Assembly (NCBI RefSeq): GCF_018977255.1 | Contig: NW_024704757.1 | Coordinates: 12,648,001 to 12,712,000 of the forward strand | Direction of reading: 5' to 3' | Length of the DNA: 64,000 nt | Source of the DNA: Callorhinchus milii | Lineage: Eukaryota | Part shown: in pieces, positions 26,709 through 37,740 of the stretch | How positions within the stretch are numbered: the first letter of the stretch is position 1 | Layout of the letters: each line of letters begins with the position of its first letter | Position numbers and translations under genes: made by a program | Notes under the pieces: model-generated | Databases searched by the model: none | What the model was told of the DNA's origin: nothing | What the model saw: the letters and a program-made list of their open reading frames with translations, nothing else

Positions 26709-26786
26709 TTAAATACGTTCAGACATGTAGATAGCAGCCTTGCATCCGATCTGTATGGCAGTCTTCAGTACTGTATAAGCAGGTGC
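26709..26786 (-). CDS. COQ7: COQ7 last exon
   Basis: APAYTVLKTAIQIGCKAAIYMSERI*; AATAAA on minus strand at 26529-26534. Confidence 0.93.
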   Translation of the reverse strand, partial: APAYTVLKTAIQIGCKAAIYMSERI

Positions 26787-27154
26787 CTAAAAAAATATTC
26801 AAGCCAGCTATTGGTATCCAGCACACTGCATTTTTATTTAACTGAAAATGTAATTCCAATTGCAGCTTACAAAAACACTTACATCAAAAAAATTCTTCCA
26901 GCATTTGCATCAGTCAAGAGAATTGACAGGTGTCACTGCTGACTACAGTGCTATTCGAGTTAAACACTAAATCTGCATTACAATAACTTGAGTCAGGTCA
27001 GGTTTTTTATTCTTCTCCTGAAAGAGGGGCTGACCTCGCATCAGGGCCTCCGCTGGCCGAGATCACATAATCACCACAAAGAAACCGAACCAATATCCTA
27101 CACCTCTGTGTCATAGTTCATTAGTACACAAGTGTGTGTAGCCACCAGATCAGC

Positions 27155-27385
27155 TACAATACAATCCAAATTACATTTGTATAGCACCTTTCACGTCGGG
27201 AGGAGATTCCAAGGTGCTGGACAGTCAGGGATTTGGACCAGAACAGGGTGGGTTGGGATGAAGGTGGGTAGGAGGGTGGCTGAAAGTGTGGTCGAAGAGG
27301 AAGGTCTTGAGACATGCCTTAAAGGATATAAGGTGAAGGGACTGTGGGTTTGGAGTTCCAAAGGGTACGGCAGAGAGGCTGAAGA
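27155..27385 (-). mobile_element. L2 3' end fragment
   Basis: aattacatttgtatagcacctttcacgtcgggag..ggtcgaagaggaaggtcttgag. Confidence 0.75.
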
Positions 27386-27442
27386 ATGCTATTTAACCCA
27401 TTACAATGTACAACACCAAACATCACCATCCATTATACCTAC

Positions 27443-27511
27443 CAGTTCTGCCTCGTGTTCTAATCCTGTATCATGATGTTCCATTTCTTCATCTCTGAAC
27501 TTCTTTAATAA
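27443..27511 (-). CDS. COQ7: COQ7 exon 4 (di-iron ExxH)
   Basis: 69 nt, LLKKFRDEEMEHHDTGLEHEAEL. Confidence 0.93.
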
Positions 27512-28225
27512 CTAAAACGGAGGCATGTTTATATATTGTATTTGCACATTTTGAGAAAAAAAACTAACTATGAAGAACAAACTATTCTTGATTAATTAGT
27601 GTGGAATGGTAGTCTCAGTCCTGAAAACTAGAAATCCTTATGTCGGTGCAGTACACCTCTACTGATTTATCAGAATTTTCTGTCTTTTTTCGATTCACTA
27701 ATTTCCTTCTCTCCATATTTTGTCAAAAAGCATTTGACTCAATTCTACTAGAGTGTTGTTTCACAGGCACCAATCACCTCTGCAACCTTGCCCAAATGTC
27801 GTGAGCCTCGATGATCAGTACTGCCAGGTATTATAACAGTACATACTTTTCTAGCAACCCACTAAATGTAGGAGTACCCCCTGAGCCTAATTCTGTCCTC
27901 ACCTGACATTCACACACCTGCCCTCCAGCAGATGTGAACTGATTTCTCCCTCCCTAACCTGGGATGCTGAAGCCACGTGAAGTGCCCTGTTGTTACCCTG
28001 TCTGAGAACAGTTAACCAGAAAGATTAGGGATCAAACTCGGCTGAAGAGCTCATGACATAAACTCACTGAACAATAGGTAACATGACATTTCCTAGTCTT
28101 GAAGTAACATACTCAAAACAAAACTATAGCACAATACATTTAACATGCCCTTATATAATTTCAATAACATAAGCCTTTTGTCTCTGAATTGAAACAAATT
28201 CCGACTCTACACGTAACACACTTAC

Positions 28226-28365
28226 TTCAAGTAATTCATTGTGTTTTTCTGAATCTTCTTCCATCAACGTCCTGATCTGATTGTTGTAATGTTGTGATAT
28301 ACTCTCCTCTATTGCTACTGTACAGGCCATTGCAGCTTCTTTACCTAAAAGAGCTGTTCCAGCAC
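28226..28365 (-). CDS. COQ7: COQ7 exon 3
   Basis: 140 nt, [37 protein letters not shown]. Confidence 0.95.
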
Positions 28366-28457
28366 CTATACCAAGATAGAAACAAATTTTAATTTGCACT
28401 GATTATATATTACACAGGATCAGGCAACCCAGCAGTTAAAACTATACCAGCACTTAC

Positions 28458-28572
28458 CTAGCGCAAACCCTGCAATATTCCAGAAAGGCATTAAAATGGT
28501 AGGTCGAACCCTTTGATCAATCATCATTTCATTGAATTTCTCCAGATGTTCTTTTTCTTGATCCCACATTCG
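28458..28572 (-). CDS. COQ7: COQ7 exon 2 (di-iron ExxH)
   Basis: 115 nt, [39 protein letters not shown]. Confidence 0.95.
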
Positions 28573-29529
28573 CTATAGTAAGAATATCAATGAATTATAT
28601 ACATTTTTTTTTGCAAAAATACACCATCTGGCAAACCTACAGTGACATTTATTTTCTTTCATAGTCTCAATTGCCCAGCTGACAAAGGTGTCTGCTTAGA
28701 GGCAATACAATTCTGATAAGCAAGCTAGTAGTCACTCTACTGGGCAGTTTAGGAGGAACTTCTTCACACACATGAGAGAGAATAGAAGCATATAGGGTAG
28801 GGGATTAGGAGGGTTGGGGGTACAAGTGGAGTATAAACATTGGCACACACTGGATAGGCTGAATGGCCTGTGTCTGTGCTATATCACTCTATGTAATTCT
28901 ATGTATTCACGCCGATCTTAGACATCACTTGAACGTGTACAAATGAAGACAAGGTCCTCCCGTACCCGAGTTGTATATATGTACTTCAACACTTGTCAAT
29001 TTTTTTATTTCAATCATTCTTTCACAGTTACTTTTTGCCCATCACCACAAAAATATTATTATAGAAGGATGATTGAAGTGATTGAAGGAAATCGATAACT
29101 TGGAATCGTGGTCATACTGAATCAGTGGAGTATAACAGATGCTAGATGTGAAAAGATTAGACATATATGTTTACGTGTTCATCAATGGTGGTTAAAAAGT
29201 TTCTGTTGTATTTTTCGGGGCATAAGTTAGACCGTCCTGTGACCTCAGCTTTTATGAGTGTCAGTACAGATCTTTTATGGTGCCATATTGGCAATATATT
29301 ATTTCCCACAGTTTTAAACTGAGTGTCAGTGTAGAAGCCAAGCTAAATCATCGGTAGCCACACTTTCAGCCACTACGACCCAAAATTCTGGAACTCTCTT
29401 CCTCCGTCTTGCCCCCTCCTTCCCCATCTTCAGATCACGCCTGAAGACCTTCATTCAACAGTGGTTACCTCTCATCTCTCCCAGGCTTGGCGATGTGCTC
29501 CGCCACTGTGAAGCGCTCTGGGACATTTG

Positions 29530-29975
29530 ACATAGGTAATAGGCCTGGCTCAGTTTGGAAGCACTTACCCTTTCCGGACCCTCATACACACATTCTTCGC
29601 AAACTCCCTGCTTGTCGGCCTCCCCAAATCCTCCCTCTGTAGGCTGCAGATCATCCAGAACTCTGAAGCCTGCACCAGGCTCTGCGACCCTATCACCCCC
29701 ATCCTCGCCCAATCCAGGCGGGCCGGCCTTCTGCCACTCTGCCCTCACCCTCTGGAACTCCATCACGAAGTCCCTCCGCCTCGCCACCTCCCTCGCCTCC
29801 TTCATGACCTGTCTGAAGACCCTCTTCTTCGATTGTGCTTTCGATCACCTCCTGCCCTCCACCCTCCCCAATCCCAACCCCCAGCTCAGATCTGAAACAT
29901 TGATTGTCCAGCGCCTTGGGACATCTTCTTGGCATGAAAGGCACTATACGAATGTAATTTTGTTGTTGGTGTTTT
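29530..29975 (+). mobile_element. L2 LINE 3' fragment with internal deletion
   Basis: ctcatacacacattc..gctgcagatcatccagaactctg..ctctggaactccatc..gcgccttgggacatc..aatgtaattttgttgttg. Confidence 0.85.
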
Positions 29976-30191
29976 GTGACAGAAAGTTGTGGGTTCAAGC
30001 CCCACGTCGGGACTTTAAACTTAACAGTTCTAAGCTGAGCCTTCAATACAGCGCTGGGGGTGCTGACCTTCAGTGAGGGGCACCATATAAATCCAAGCTG
30101 TTGTTATTGTTTCGCCTACAAAACAGAGTCAATTCACTTTAAGGTATATTCTGTGAAGCGCTTTGAAGACATGATAAGCCGCTATAAAAAC

Positions 30192-30330
30192 CATAGAATC
30201 ATAGAATTATACAGCACAGAAGGAGGTCATTCAGCCCATCGTGTCTGTGTCGGCTCTTTTAAAAGAGCTTCCAAATCAACCCCACTCCCCTGCCCTAACC
30301 CCATGGCCCTGCAAACTTGTCCTCCCCAAA
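30192..30330 (-). mobile_element. CR1-type LINE 3' tail
   Basis: catagaatcatagaattatacagcacagaaggaggtcattcagcccatc; similar tails at 28750-28905, 49675-50030, 52960-53120, 59370-59445. Confidence 0.7.
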
Positions 30331-30480
30331 TAATCATCTCCCCAAATGCATTACGTATTACAATAATAATGTGTTATTATTATTTTTATAATACAGCGCT
30401 GGGGGTAGTGTTATTACATCGTTGGAGGTGCTGACCTTCAGTGAGAGGCACAATACAAATCCAAGTTGTTGTTATTGTCA

Positions 30481-31224
30481 AAACAACAACAACATTACAT
30501 TTGCAGAGCGCCTTTCACGTCGAGGGGACGTCCCGAGGCGCTGAGTTTCGGACCTGAGCTGGGGTCGGGATTGGGGAGGGTGGAGGGGGTGCGGGGAGAT
30601 CAAGAGCACAGTCGAAGAGGGTCTCGAGAACGGGGTCTTGAAGGAGGTGAGGTGAGGGACTGCGGGACGGGAGTGGAGCAGAGCGGCGGAAGGACCGATA
30701 GTGGGGCGAGCGAGCGAGGCGGGGGACGTGGAGCAGACCGGAGCCCGCTGAGCGGGGGGAGGGAGGGGAAGGAGAGGGAGGGATGGTCGGGGCTGAGGAG
30801 GTGTCAGAGGTCGGGAGTGGGGGGGGGGGGAAGAGGCCATGGAGGGCTTTGAAGGCCCTCGTGGGAGTCCTGCAGCTCAGTGGTTAGAGCACTCGCTTTG
30901 CAAGCGAGAGACCTGAGTTCAATTCCAGGCAGAGGGCGAAACCTTGGGCAAGTTTCCTTACTCCACACAGAGCCTAATAATAATCCCTCCAAAACCAAAA
31001 ACAATAATAAATTGGTCATTTTCAATCTACGACTATTTGTGGGACATTGCTGTGCGCAATTGGCTGCCGCGTTCGCCCACAAATATACAGTCAATTCACT
31101 TTACAGTGTGTTCTGTGAAGCGCTTCGGGACGTCCTCCCGACGTGAAAAGCGCTATATCAAATGCAAAGATTATTATTATTATTATTATTATTATTATGG
31201 CGAGGACCAGGACCTTGAACTGTA
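30481..31224 (-). mobile_element. L2 3' fragment interrupted by the SINE at 30863-31198
   Basis: (AAC)n tail at 30481; ..ggagggctttgaaggc | SINE | ggcgaggaccaggaccttgaactgta continues colinearly with the L2 at 42891-42930. Confidence 0.82.
30863..31198 (+). mobile_element. Young full-length tRNA-Ala(TGC)-like SINE (short subfamily)
   Basis: cagctcagtggttagagc A box, ctcgc-tttgcaa-gcgag anticodon arm, gagttcaattcc B box, long (ATT)n tail; nearly identical to 56378-56693. Confidence 0.93.
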
Positions 31225-31245
31225 AAGCCCAGTGCGAGAACCGAC

Positions 31246-31530
31246 CTGAATCACAGGCCCCACCGCCGTGCGGCCCAGCACAGCCATCTGCCCCGCGTAG
31301 ATACGGTTAGCGCCGAACTCCCCGGCCTGATCCACGCGAATGATCCGGTCGAGCATCGCCCCGGCGACGGGGCGGCCCTGCGCGGAGGCCGAGGCGGAGC
31401 TGCAGAGAGGCCTCGCGGGCCGGGCTCGGTACCAGCAGCTGTGCTCGTGCGCCCGGTGCCGCTGTGGCGACCGCGGGCCGAGCCCGACGCTCCGGCCGGC
31501 GACGAGAGGGGCGCAAACCGCTCTCTGCAT
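31246..31530 (-). CDS. COQ7: COQ7 exon 1 (mitochondrial targeting peptide + first helix)
   Basis: MQRAVCAPLVAGRS.. (Arg-rich presequence)..MLDRIIRVDQAGEFGANRIYAGQMAVLGRTAVGPVIQ; donor CAG|GTCGGT; lies in a CpG island. Confidence 0.9.
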
Positions 31531-31599
31531 CCCCGAGGGCGGGCGGGAGGCCTCACAGCCCTGAGGTGGTGGTGGTGGTCGTGGGGGGGGGGCTTCTCT

Positions 31600-31700
31600 C
31601 ACTCTGGGCGCCTAATTGTGACGTCGCCCCCCCGGGCTCCGCACTGTGACGTCAACCCGGGCGCCGCACTGTGACGTCACCCCCTCGACCCAGCGAGCGC
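31600..31700 (-). promoter_or_regulatory. COQ7 CpG-island promoter with three CRE/ATF sites
   Basis: TGACGTCG 31619-31626, TGACGTCA 31647-31654 and 31672-31679. Confidence 0.65.
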
Positions 31701-31847
31701 CTGTCAGCAGCTGCTCCTGTGGGTCCTGGAGTCAGGAACAATAACAGCAATAATTATATAATAATAATAATAATCCTTACATTTGATAGAGCCGCTTATC
31801 AAACAGAAGTGGAGATGTTGAGCACCAATCTCTTTTGTGTGTGTTGT

Positions 31848-31878
<31 letters not shown>

Positions 31879-32612
31879 TAATAAAGGGACCACATGAAAG
31901 TGTCCCTAAAGTTTAATGGGCAAAGATCAGACCCAATACTTACCATATATTGTACACGTATATATATTTATATATTCACCCACAAAATATACAATTTACA
32001 GCATATCCCGTGAAGTGCTTTGAGACGTCTCGAAGGCGTGGATGAGGCGCTACATCAAATGCGAGGATTATCATCATCATCATCATCATCATCATGTCAA
32101 ATGCCAGGAATATTGTTAACATTATCGGGTCTCACATTGTACGATTTACAAAGATTATGAAGACTTCTAAAGGATATTAAGTTTTGACCGTCACTAAATT
32201 GCAAAGTGGAGTGTGGACATCTGCTGGCAGGAAAAAAAATGTTGCACAAATGCTCAGAAGATGGGCTGCAGCTCGTTAATTTTTTTTATCCTATTAATAA
32301 CGAGCCTTGCATTTGATGTATCACATTACTGAAGTATCTCAAGAGCAGTTCATAGCTTTATACTGTAAATTATAGTGACTGTATATTCTATGCAATGCTT
32401 TTCTCATTGTTCTATCAAGACTCAAGTGTTTAAGAGGGCGTCCATGACAAGCGCTGGTTCAAGATTCTCGTCCCAATCCAAGTCCGGAATACGAATCGAG
32501 ATCTGGAGACCAGATTGAGTTAACGTAAAGAATGATGAGAATGATTTTAGAGTTGAAGCATTGTTAATAGTAACAAGTTAAAGGAAATATGCTTTATCGT
32601 GGCTTTGTAATA

Positions 32613-32763
32613 CAGTCGAACCTCACTATAAACGAACCTTGTTTATAATGAGGATCCCAATGGCAATCCAGGTCAGCGGGGCGGTGCACCTGTTTGACAG
32701 CCAAACCCTATTATAATGAACACCGATATACGACTGGGGGTTTGTTATAATGAGGTTCGACTG
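32613..32763. mobile_element. Tc1/mariner-pogo (Tigger-like) MITE
   Basis: TIRs CAGTCGAACCTCA(C)TATAA / TTATAATGAGGTTCGACTG; TA on the left, CA on the right; 151 bp with no ORF. Confidence 0.8.
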
Positions 32764-32804
32764 CAATTTTACTCACACTGGAGAGGCTTGGAAATGCACT
32801 TAAA

Positions 32805-32853
32805 CACTCAACAAAACAAACACAAATCAATAGTGTTTGAACTCATTTTTAAT
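32805..32853 (-). terminator. Probable TMC7 polyadenylation site
   Basis: ATTAAA (minus, 32853-32848) followed by GU-rich downstream element gtgtttgttttgttgagtgttt. Confidence 0.55.
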
Positions 32854-34309
32854 CCAAAAGGAGAAAGTTAGTTGGATTTTGTATTTTACAGAAAAAGTAT
32901 ATAACTCAAAACTTTTTATGAAAGCATTTTGTTACACAAAAGTACACTGTTAAAAAGACTCCCAACAGTCTAAAATTGATGATCCATATCATAAAGCCCC
33001 AAGAAAATACTTGTAAGTTGCAGTTGGATAAAAAGTCTTTAGAAATGGTAGCACAATGTAAACTGATGAGCCATTATCCCTGAAAGTTACAAGAATGACA
33101 TTTTCCCATTCACAAACACTCCCACTGAATATTTCATAGTGTTCCTGAGGAATGTAGAAGTAATAAATGCATATAATAATACGTTATGTAATAGAGTAAA
33201 AATAAAGAAAGTAATGCTGAAAACTTGTATGACATTGAATAAATCAGAAATGTGGAAACTCCTGTACAAAATAAACCAACTACGATAATGAAGTATAGAG
33301 ATGACACCAAAGATCTGAAGTTTGGGAAATCTGCATATCTATATGTAAGTACTACAATATTTTGTTTTTCAGGAATCACACTCATAGCAAAGGACTGGAT
33401 TATAAACTTACATTTTTAGCAGCTGACAAAACAAAGGCACCACAAATTTCCATTGATATAAACAACTTTCATGTTGGAAGGATGTCCAAAGGCACCGAGT
33501 CAATGGTTTGCACCCGAGCAGGGAGTGGGAGCCAATTATACATTATAAAGTAGATTTTTTATTTTAAAGTTAGTATTTTTGTAAAGTGTTAGAGCAAAAG
33601 TTAATTATTGTAGGAAAATACTGTATATGGGGAAAAATTCCAGTTGGGTCTAAATTTATTCTGTATAATGTAACATTTGGAGTACACTGAATTTGGCAAA
33701 TTCTTAAATGCAGCCTTAATTTTGAAGCCAGTTTACATGTTTATATGTTCTTTTAAGAACTAAAACAAAACATATATTTCTAAGTTTAGAGTGGATTCAA
33801 AAATTGCTAAATTTTAAATGCCATAAACCACATAAGTATATCAAGAACTGTAAACATTTTCCTCCAACGGTTATTAGACGAGGAGTATACAGTTGTTCTT
33901 GGACACATTTTCTGGCATTATGCCGCTTAAAGGCACAGCAAAGCCCTATATGAAACAGCTATTGAATTGACTAATTATATTGATATTCATAGATAAATAT
34001 TTTTAGACATTAGGGTTTGAAAGGTTTGCTTTTTGAAGGAATTATATGACGGTAGTTTTCTTGAAACCGCTATCATTAAAGATTACAATATGTTTCGCAA
34101 GTCTGAAGGCGGCAGATCATCAATGAGGCACTGATTTAAAACTTAAGGTAAAATTTAAGAAGGTTTCGTAACAAAAATAGTGACTAGAAGCATTTTCAAC
34201 TAAGACCGGCCATACAAAAGCATTCATTGTCTTGGGAAAGATATGTTCCAATGCACAAAATCCTCCTATTTGCCTTTATGTTATTGCTCTGTGATGCATA
34301 AAATTCATT

Positions 34310-34432
34310 TTAATCTGGTTGTATGATTGTAGATGAAATTGATGAGGGAAAATTGGCATATTTCCTTGGCAAAGTATTCTTCGTCTGAACCTCAGTCAGT
34401 TTTCTGATTAGGAACTGTTTGTCACGACCCTC
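34310..34432 (-). CDS. TMC7: TMC7 exon 16 (stop)
   Basis: EGRDKQFLIRKLTEVQTKNTLPRKYANFPSSISSTIIQPD*. Confidence 0.88.
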   Translation of the reverse strand, partial: EGRDKQFLIRKLTEVQTKNTLPRKYANFPSSISSTIIQPD

Positions 34433-34676
34433 CTGCAGATAAGTCACAAACAGAAAGTCACTGTTTATAGACAAATTACACTTATGGTGCTCATATCCTA
34501 AACTACTGCTATTACTAAAGATAAAACATAGTAATGCTTCCTTGACATGCAGTTATGTACTTAAGACTCCAATGCATCTCTGGGATACAATTCCACTGCT
34601 GGGTAAAATTATCAACCTTGGCAGCATTGTCCTATAGTGGGATTTCCCATACTAAGTGAATGTCACCAAGGCGAGT

Positions 34677-34958
34677 AATAATAATCCTTGCATTTGATAT
34701 AGCACTTTTCACATCTTCTAGACGTCTCAAAGCGCTTCACAGAATATACTGTAAAGTGAATTGACTATATTTGTGGGCGAAAATGTGGCAGCCAATTGCG
34801 CACAGCAGTGTCCCACAAACAGTCGTGGATTGTAGTGACCAAATTATTATTTTTTCTTGAGAGATTATTATTAGGCGTGTGGAGTAAGGAAACTTGCCCA
34901 AGGTTTTGCCCTGCCGGGAATCGAACCCAAGTCTCTTGCTTGTGAGACACGTGCTCTA
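34677..34958 (-). mobile_element. tRNA-SINE, short subfamily, head partly lost
   Basis: Same gtggagtaaggaaacttgcccaagg block and tail as the 30863 copy. Confidence 0.88.
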
Positions 34959-35112
34959 TAAACTAGTACTTTATAAACTAGTGGAACTTCTTGCTCCAAG
35001 TGTCCAGATATTTTGTTTAAAATGCAAGCTGTAGTTCGATGCAGGGTTATATAAAGATATTAATCGAATCGGTCGAAAACATTCAATAATCAAGGCATTA
35101 TAAAACACTCAC

Positions 35113-35191
35113 CATAGACAGCTGTACTCTTAGCTGATCAACAATGCGCTTGTGTGCTCCAGCCAAAGCAATAAAATAAAAAAGGATGAGG
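35113..35191 (-). CDS. TMC7: TMC7 exon 15
   Basis: 79 nt, LILFYFIALAGAHKRIVDQLRVQLSM. Confidence 0.93.
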
Positions 35192-35577
35192 CTGTGGGTA
35201 TAAATTGAAAGGGTATTAGTTAAGCAAAATCGATTTCTAAACCTAGAGTACTACGTATAAATTCACCCATCTGTGAATTCTGATTGGCATACACTAGAAC
35301 TTTTAATAGTTTCATGAATTTGAAATCATCAACCTGTGCTCAGTATTTATCAGCTTATTTAGGAGATGTGAATGCATATGTGCATAGCCCGCAAACAAGT
35401 TGATAGTTGACAGGATGAACCAACAGTCTGCCGTATTTGTTGCGTCAAATGGATAACTCATTTTATGCTAGTTGCCGGAGAAGTCACATTTTCTTCGAGC
35501 GCGTGTGTGCGGAATGTGACGACTATAAACATGTTTGTGTTGCTGATTATTCACCATAAATGATCCAATGCTCTTAC

Positions 35578-35733
35578 CAAACCACCATGAAGAAAGGTAC
35601 AGCAAAAGCTTCAGAGCCCAAGCCATACAGAATATTCTGCAGACCCTTTGGGAAAGTTTGGACAGTTGTTGGTACAACTTGCCATGTAGTGTTGAAGGTA
35701 ATAAATGGCCCACACGAATCAGATGAGGCAATT
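35578..35733 (-). CDS. TMC7: TMC7 exon 14
   Basis: 156 nt, [33 protein letters not shown]. Confidence 0.93.
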
Positions 35734-36367
35734 CTAATGAAAAATGGGGGGGGCGGGGGGGAGAGGGGGGTAATCATATGTCAACATTTATCCTGATTTC
35801 AATGACAAAGCACTGCTCACACGTTTCTCTAAAGGCACTCCTAACATTTCTGTTAAAAAATATTCGCTCATCAGAATTTTTTTTAAAACCAATCAGTTAG
35901 AAACATTATTGATGTCTTCAGCTTCCTGACTTAATGTCAATGAATAATCATTGCAAGCTGTAGTCATCTTGGCCTAATTACTGTAATTACCACTATCCTA
36001 ATGCAGCTCACTTAAAAGTACAAATGCACAAGCTGGACCCATTCTAAGTAGCAACTGATGCTTGGTTTATTCTGCTACGGTATTACTTCAGACAATACTG
36101 TGGTTCAAAGCAGGAAGTCTGATTTACATTTCTGCTCCAAAGTTGTGGTAATTAGTAGAATAACATTAAACTAGCAATGAATATGAAGTCAATAGTAACC
36201 CAATGACCAATAGCTGTGTTAAATGAAGTTCTACATCCGTCTTCCATTTAGCGTCATCTAAAAAATTTCAATCCACCAAATAACACAGCATTTTATTTGA
36301 GCTTCAAAGCAATACTAATTTAGTACAGGATGAAATCCTATTTCGTCAATAATCAATAGCTACTCAC

Positions 36368-36498
36368 TCTGCAACACTGAACAGGATAGGCACACAGGCT
36401 AATGGAAGGCCGAGCAGCAATACACCCAAGAAGAAAAAGTTGGAACTTGATGCCCGAAAAGGTCTGGTAGATGGACGGCAGTTGTGCATCAAAGTTAT
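36368..36498 (-). CDS. TMC7: TMC7 exon 13
   Basis: 131 nt, ITLMHNCRPSTRPFRASSSNFFFLGVLLLGL. Confidence 0.93.
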
Positions 36499-36718
36499 CT
36501 GCAAATCCAGGAAAATTTTTGACAGCTACTGTATAACCTTCCCCCCCTTCAATTCAGTGAGTCTCAAAAAATGGAAACACGAATTAATCATATTTCGTCA
36601 TCAGCTATTGACAATAACCAGTCAGAAGCAGCACAACAAAATTAAACAAAGTTATTGTCAAATGGAGCAAAGTTGTAAACTCAATAAATATTTATCAGGA
36701 GTTTGTAACTCTACGTAC

Positions 36719-36902
36719 CTTTTTGATGTAAAATATGATGATGTATTTCACAGTGGCTACTCCAGGGAGTAATGGCGAATAAAATGTTCCTATCCAGCAG
36801 ATAGTCTGACCATATACAATTTCCAACACATTTTGAGGAATAGCAAACTGTTGCTGACCCCACCACTTAGCAGGAGCACAAGAGCAATACGTTACGATCA
36901 AC
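36719..36902 (-). CDS. TMC7: TMC7 exon 12
   Basis: 184 nt, [40 protein letters not shown]. Confidence 0.94.
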
Positions 36903-37155
36903 CTGAAAATCAAAAATAATAAGTACAGTAGTTATCCTAATGTTAAAACATACTATTCAATATTGTTTTTAAAATAAAGTGTGCGATCATATGTAAATTA
37001 ACAGGCAGGAAAAAGTTTCACCAAAATGATAAATGAATCACACAGAGGTCTTCAAAAAAATTAATAGATTTTAGCAAAAGATTACAAAGATATAAAAATA
37101 TAGTTCTCTTCACCAATCTTTTTGACAGCGAGGAATGAGAGGGAGGCAGACTTAC

Positions 37156-37253
37156 TTTCTGGGAAATTCCACAAACAATGTAACAGATGCAATAATAATG
37201 AAGTCAAATATCATCAATTTATACATTTCTTGTCCTACTCGGGATTCCCAGCA
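37156..37253 (-). CDS. TMC7: TMC7 exon 11 (TMC signature)
   Basis: 98 nt, [33 protein letters not shown]. Confidence 0.95.
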
Positions 37254-37622
37254 CTAAAAAAATACGAAATGTTTTTGTTACAAAACTTAATCTGAAGGAA
37301 AATAAATTGCTCCTTCAAAATCTATCGTTTTATTTTGCAACAGTTGTATAATGAATTGGATTTAAGTGTAGTAGTTGTAGGAAAATAGGAATTGTGTATT
37401 TTCAATTTACAGCCAAGATTAAAGACAAATGGTGCTTAATTCATGTGTATATTTTTGGCACGTTAGAATTATATAGAAATACTTAAGGCAACATGGAAGG
37501 TAAACAGCTATTAATGACCTTCAGTTAAATCCACTCAATGGAAATCTGTGTTCCTGTTGCTTTTTAAAGCCATTATTTAGTAGTTAAATTAAAAAAATTA
37601 ATCAAGTAGACAATTTACTCAC

Positions 37623-37740
37623 CTGGTAGAGCTTGTGGTTATAACCACATGGTTCACATACATTACCATCGCATGTTGTGATTTGTGACCATAAGGTCAA
37701 CAAGAGGACAATAATATTGGCCAGTCGTACAAACACAGAC
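37623..37740 (-). CDS. TMC7: TMC7 exon 10
   Basis: 118 nt, [32 protein letters not shown]. Confidence 0.92.

Noticed and set aside
30863-30940. tRNA-Ala gene
   Set aside because: No acceptor stem; continues into SINE body and tail.
33874-33945. Possible alternative terminal TMC7 exon
   Set aside because: Downstream of an in-frame stop in a homologous last exon; no recognisable homology.
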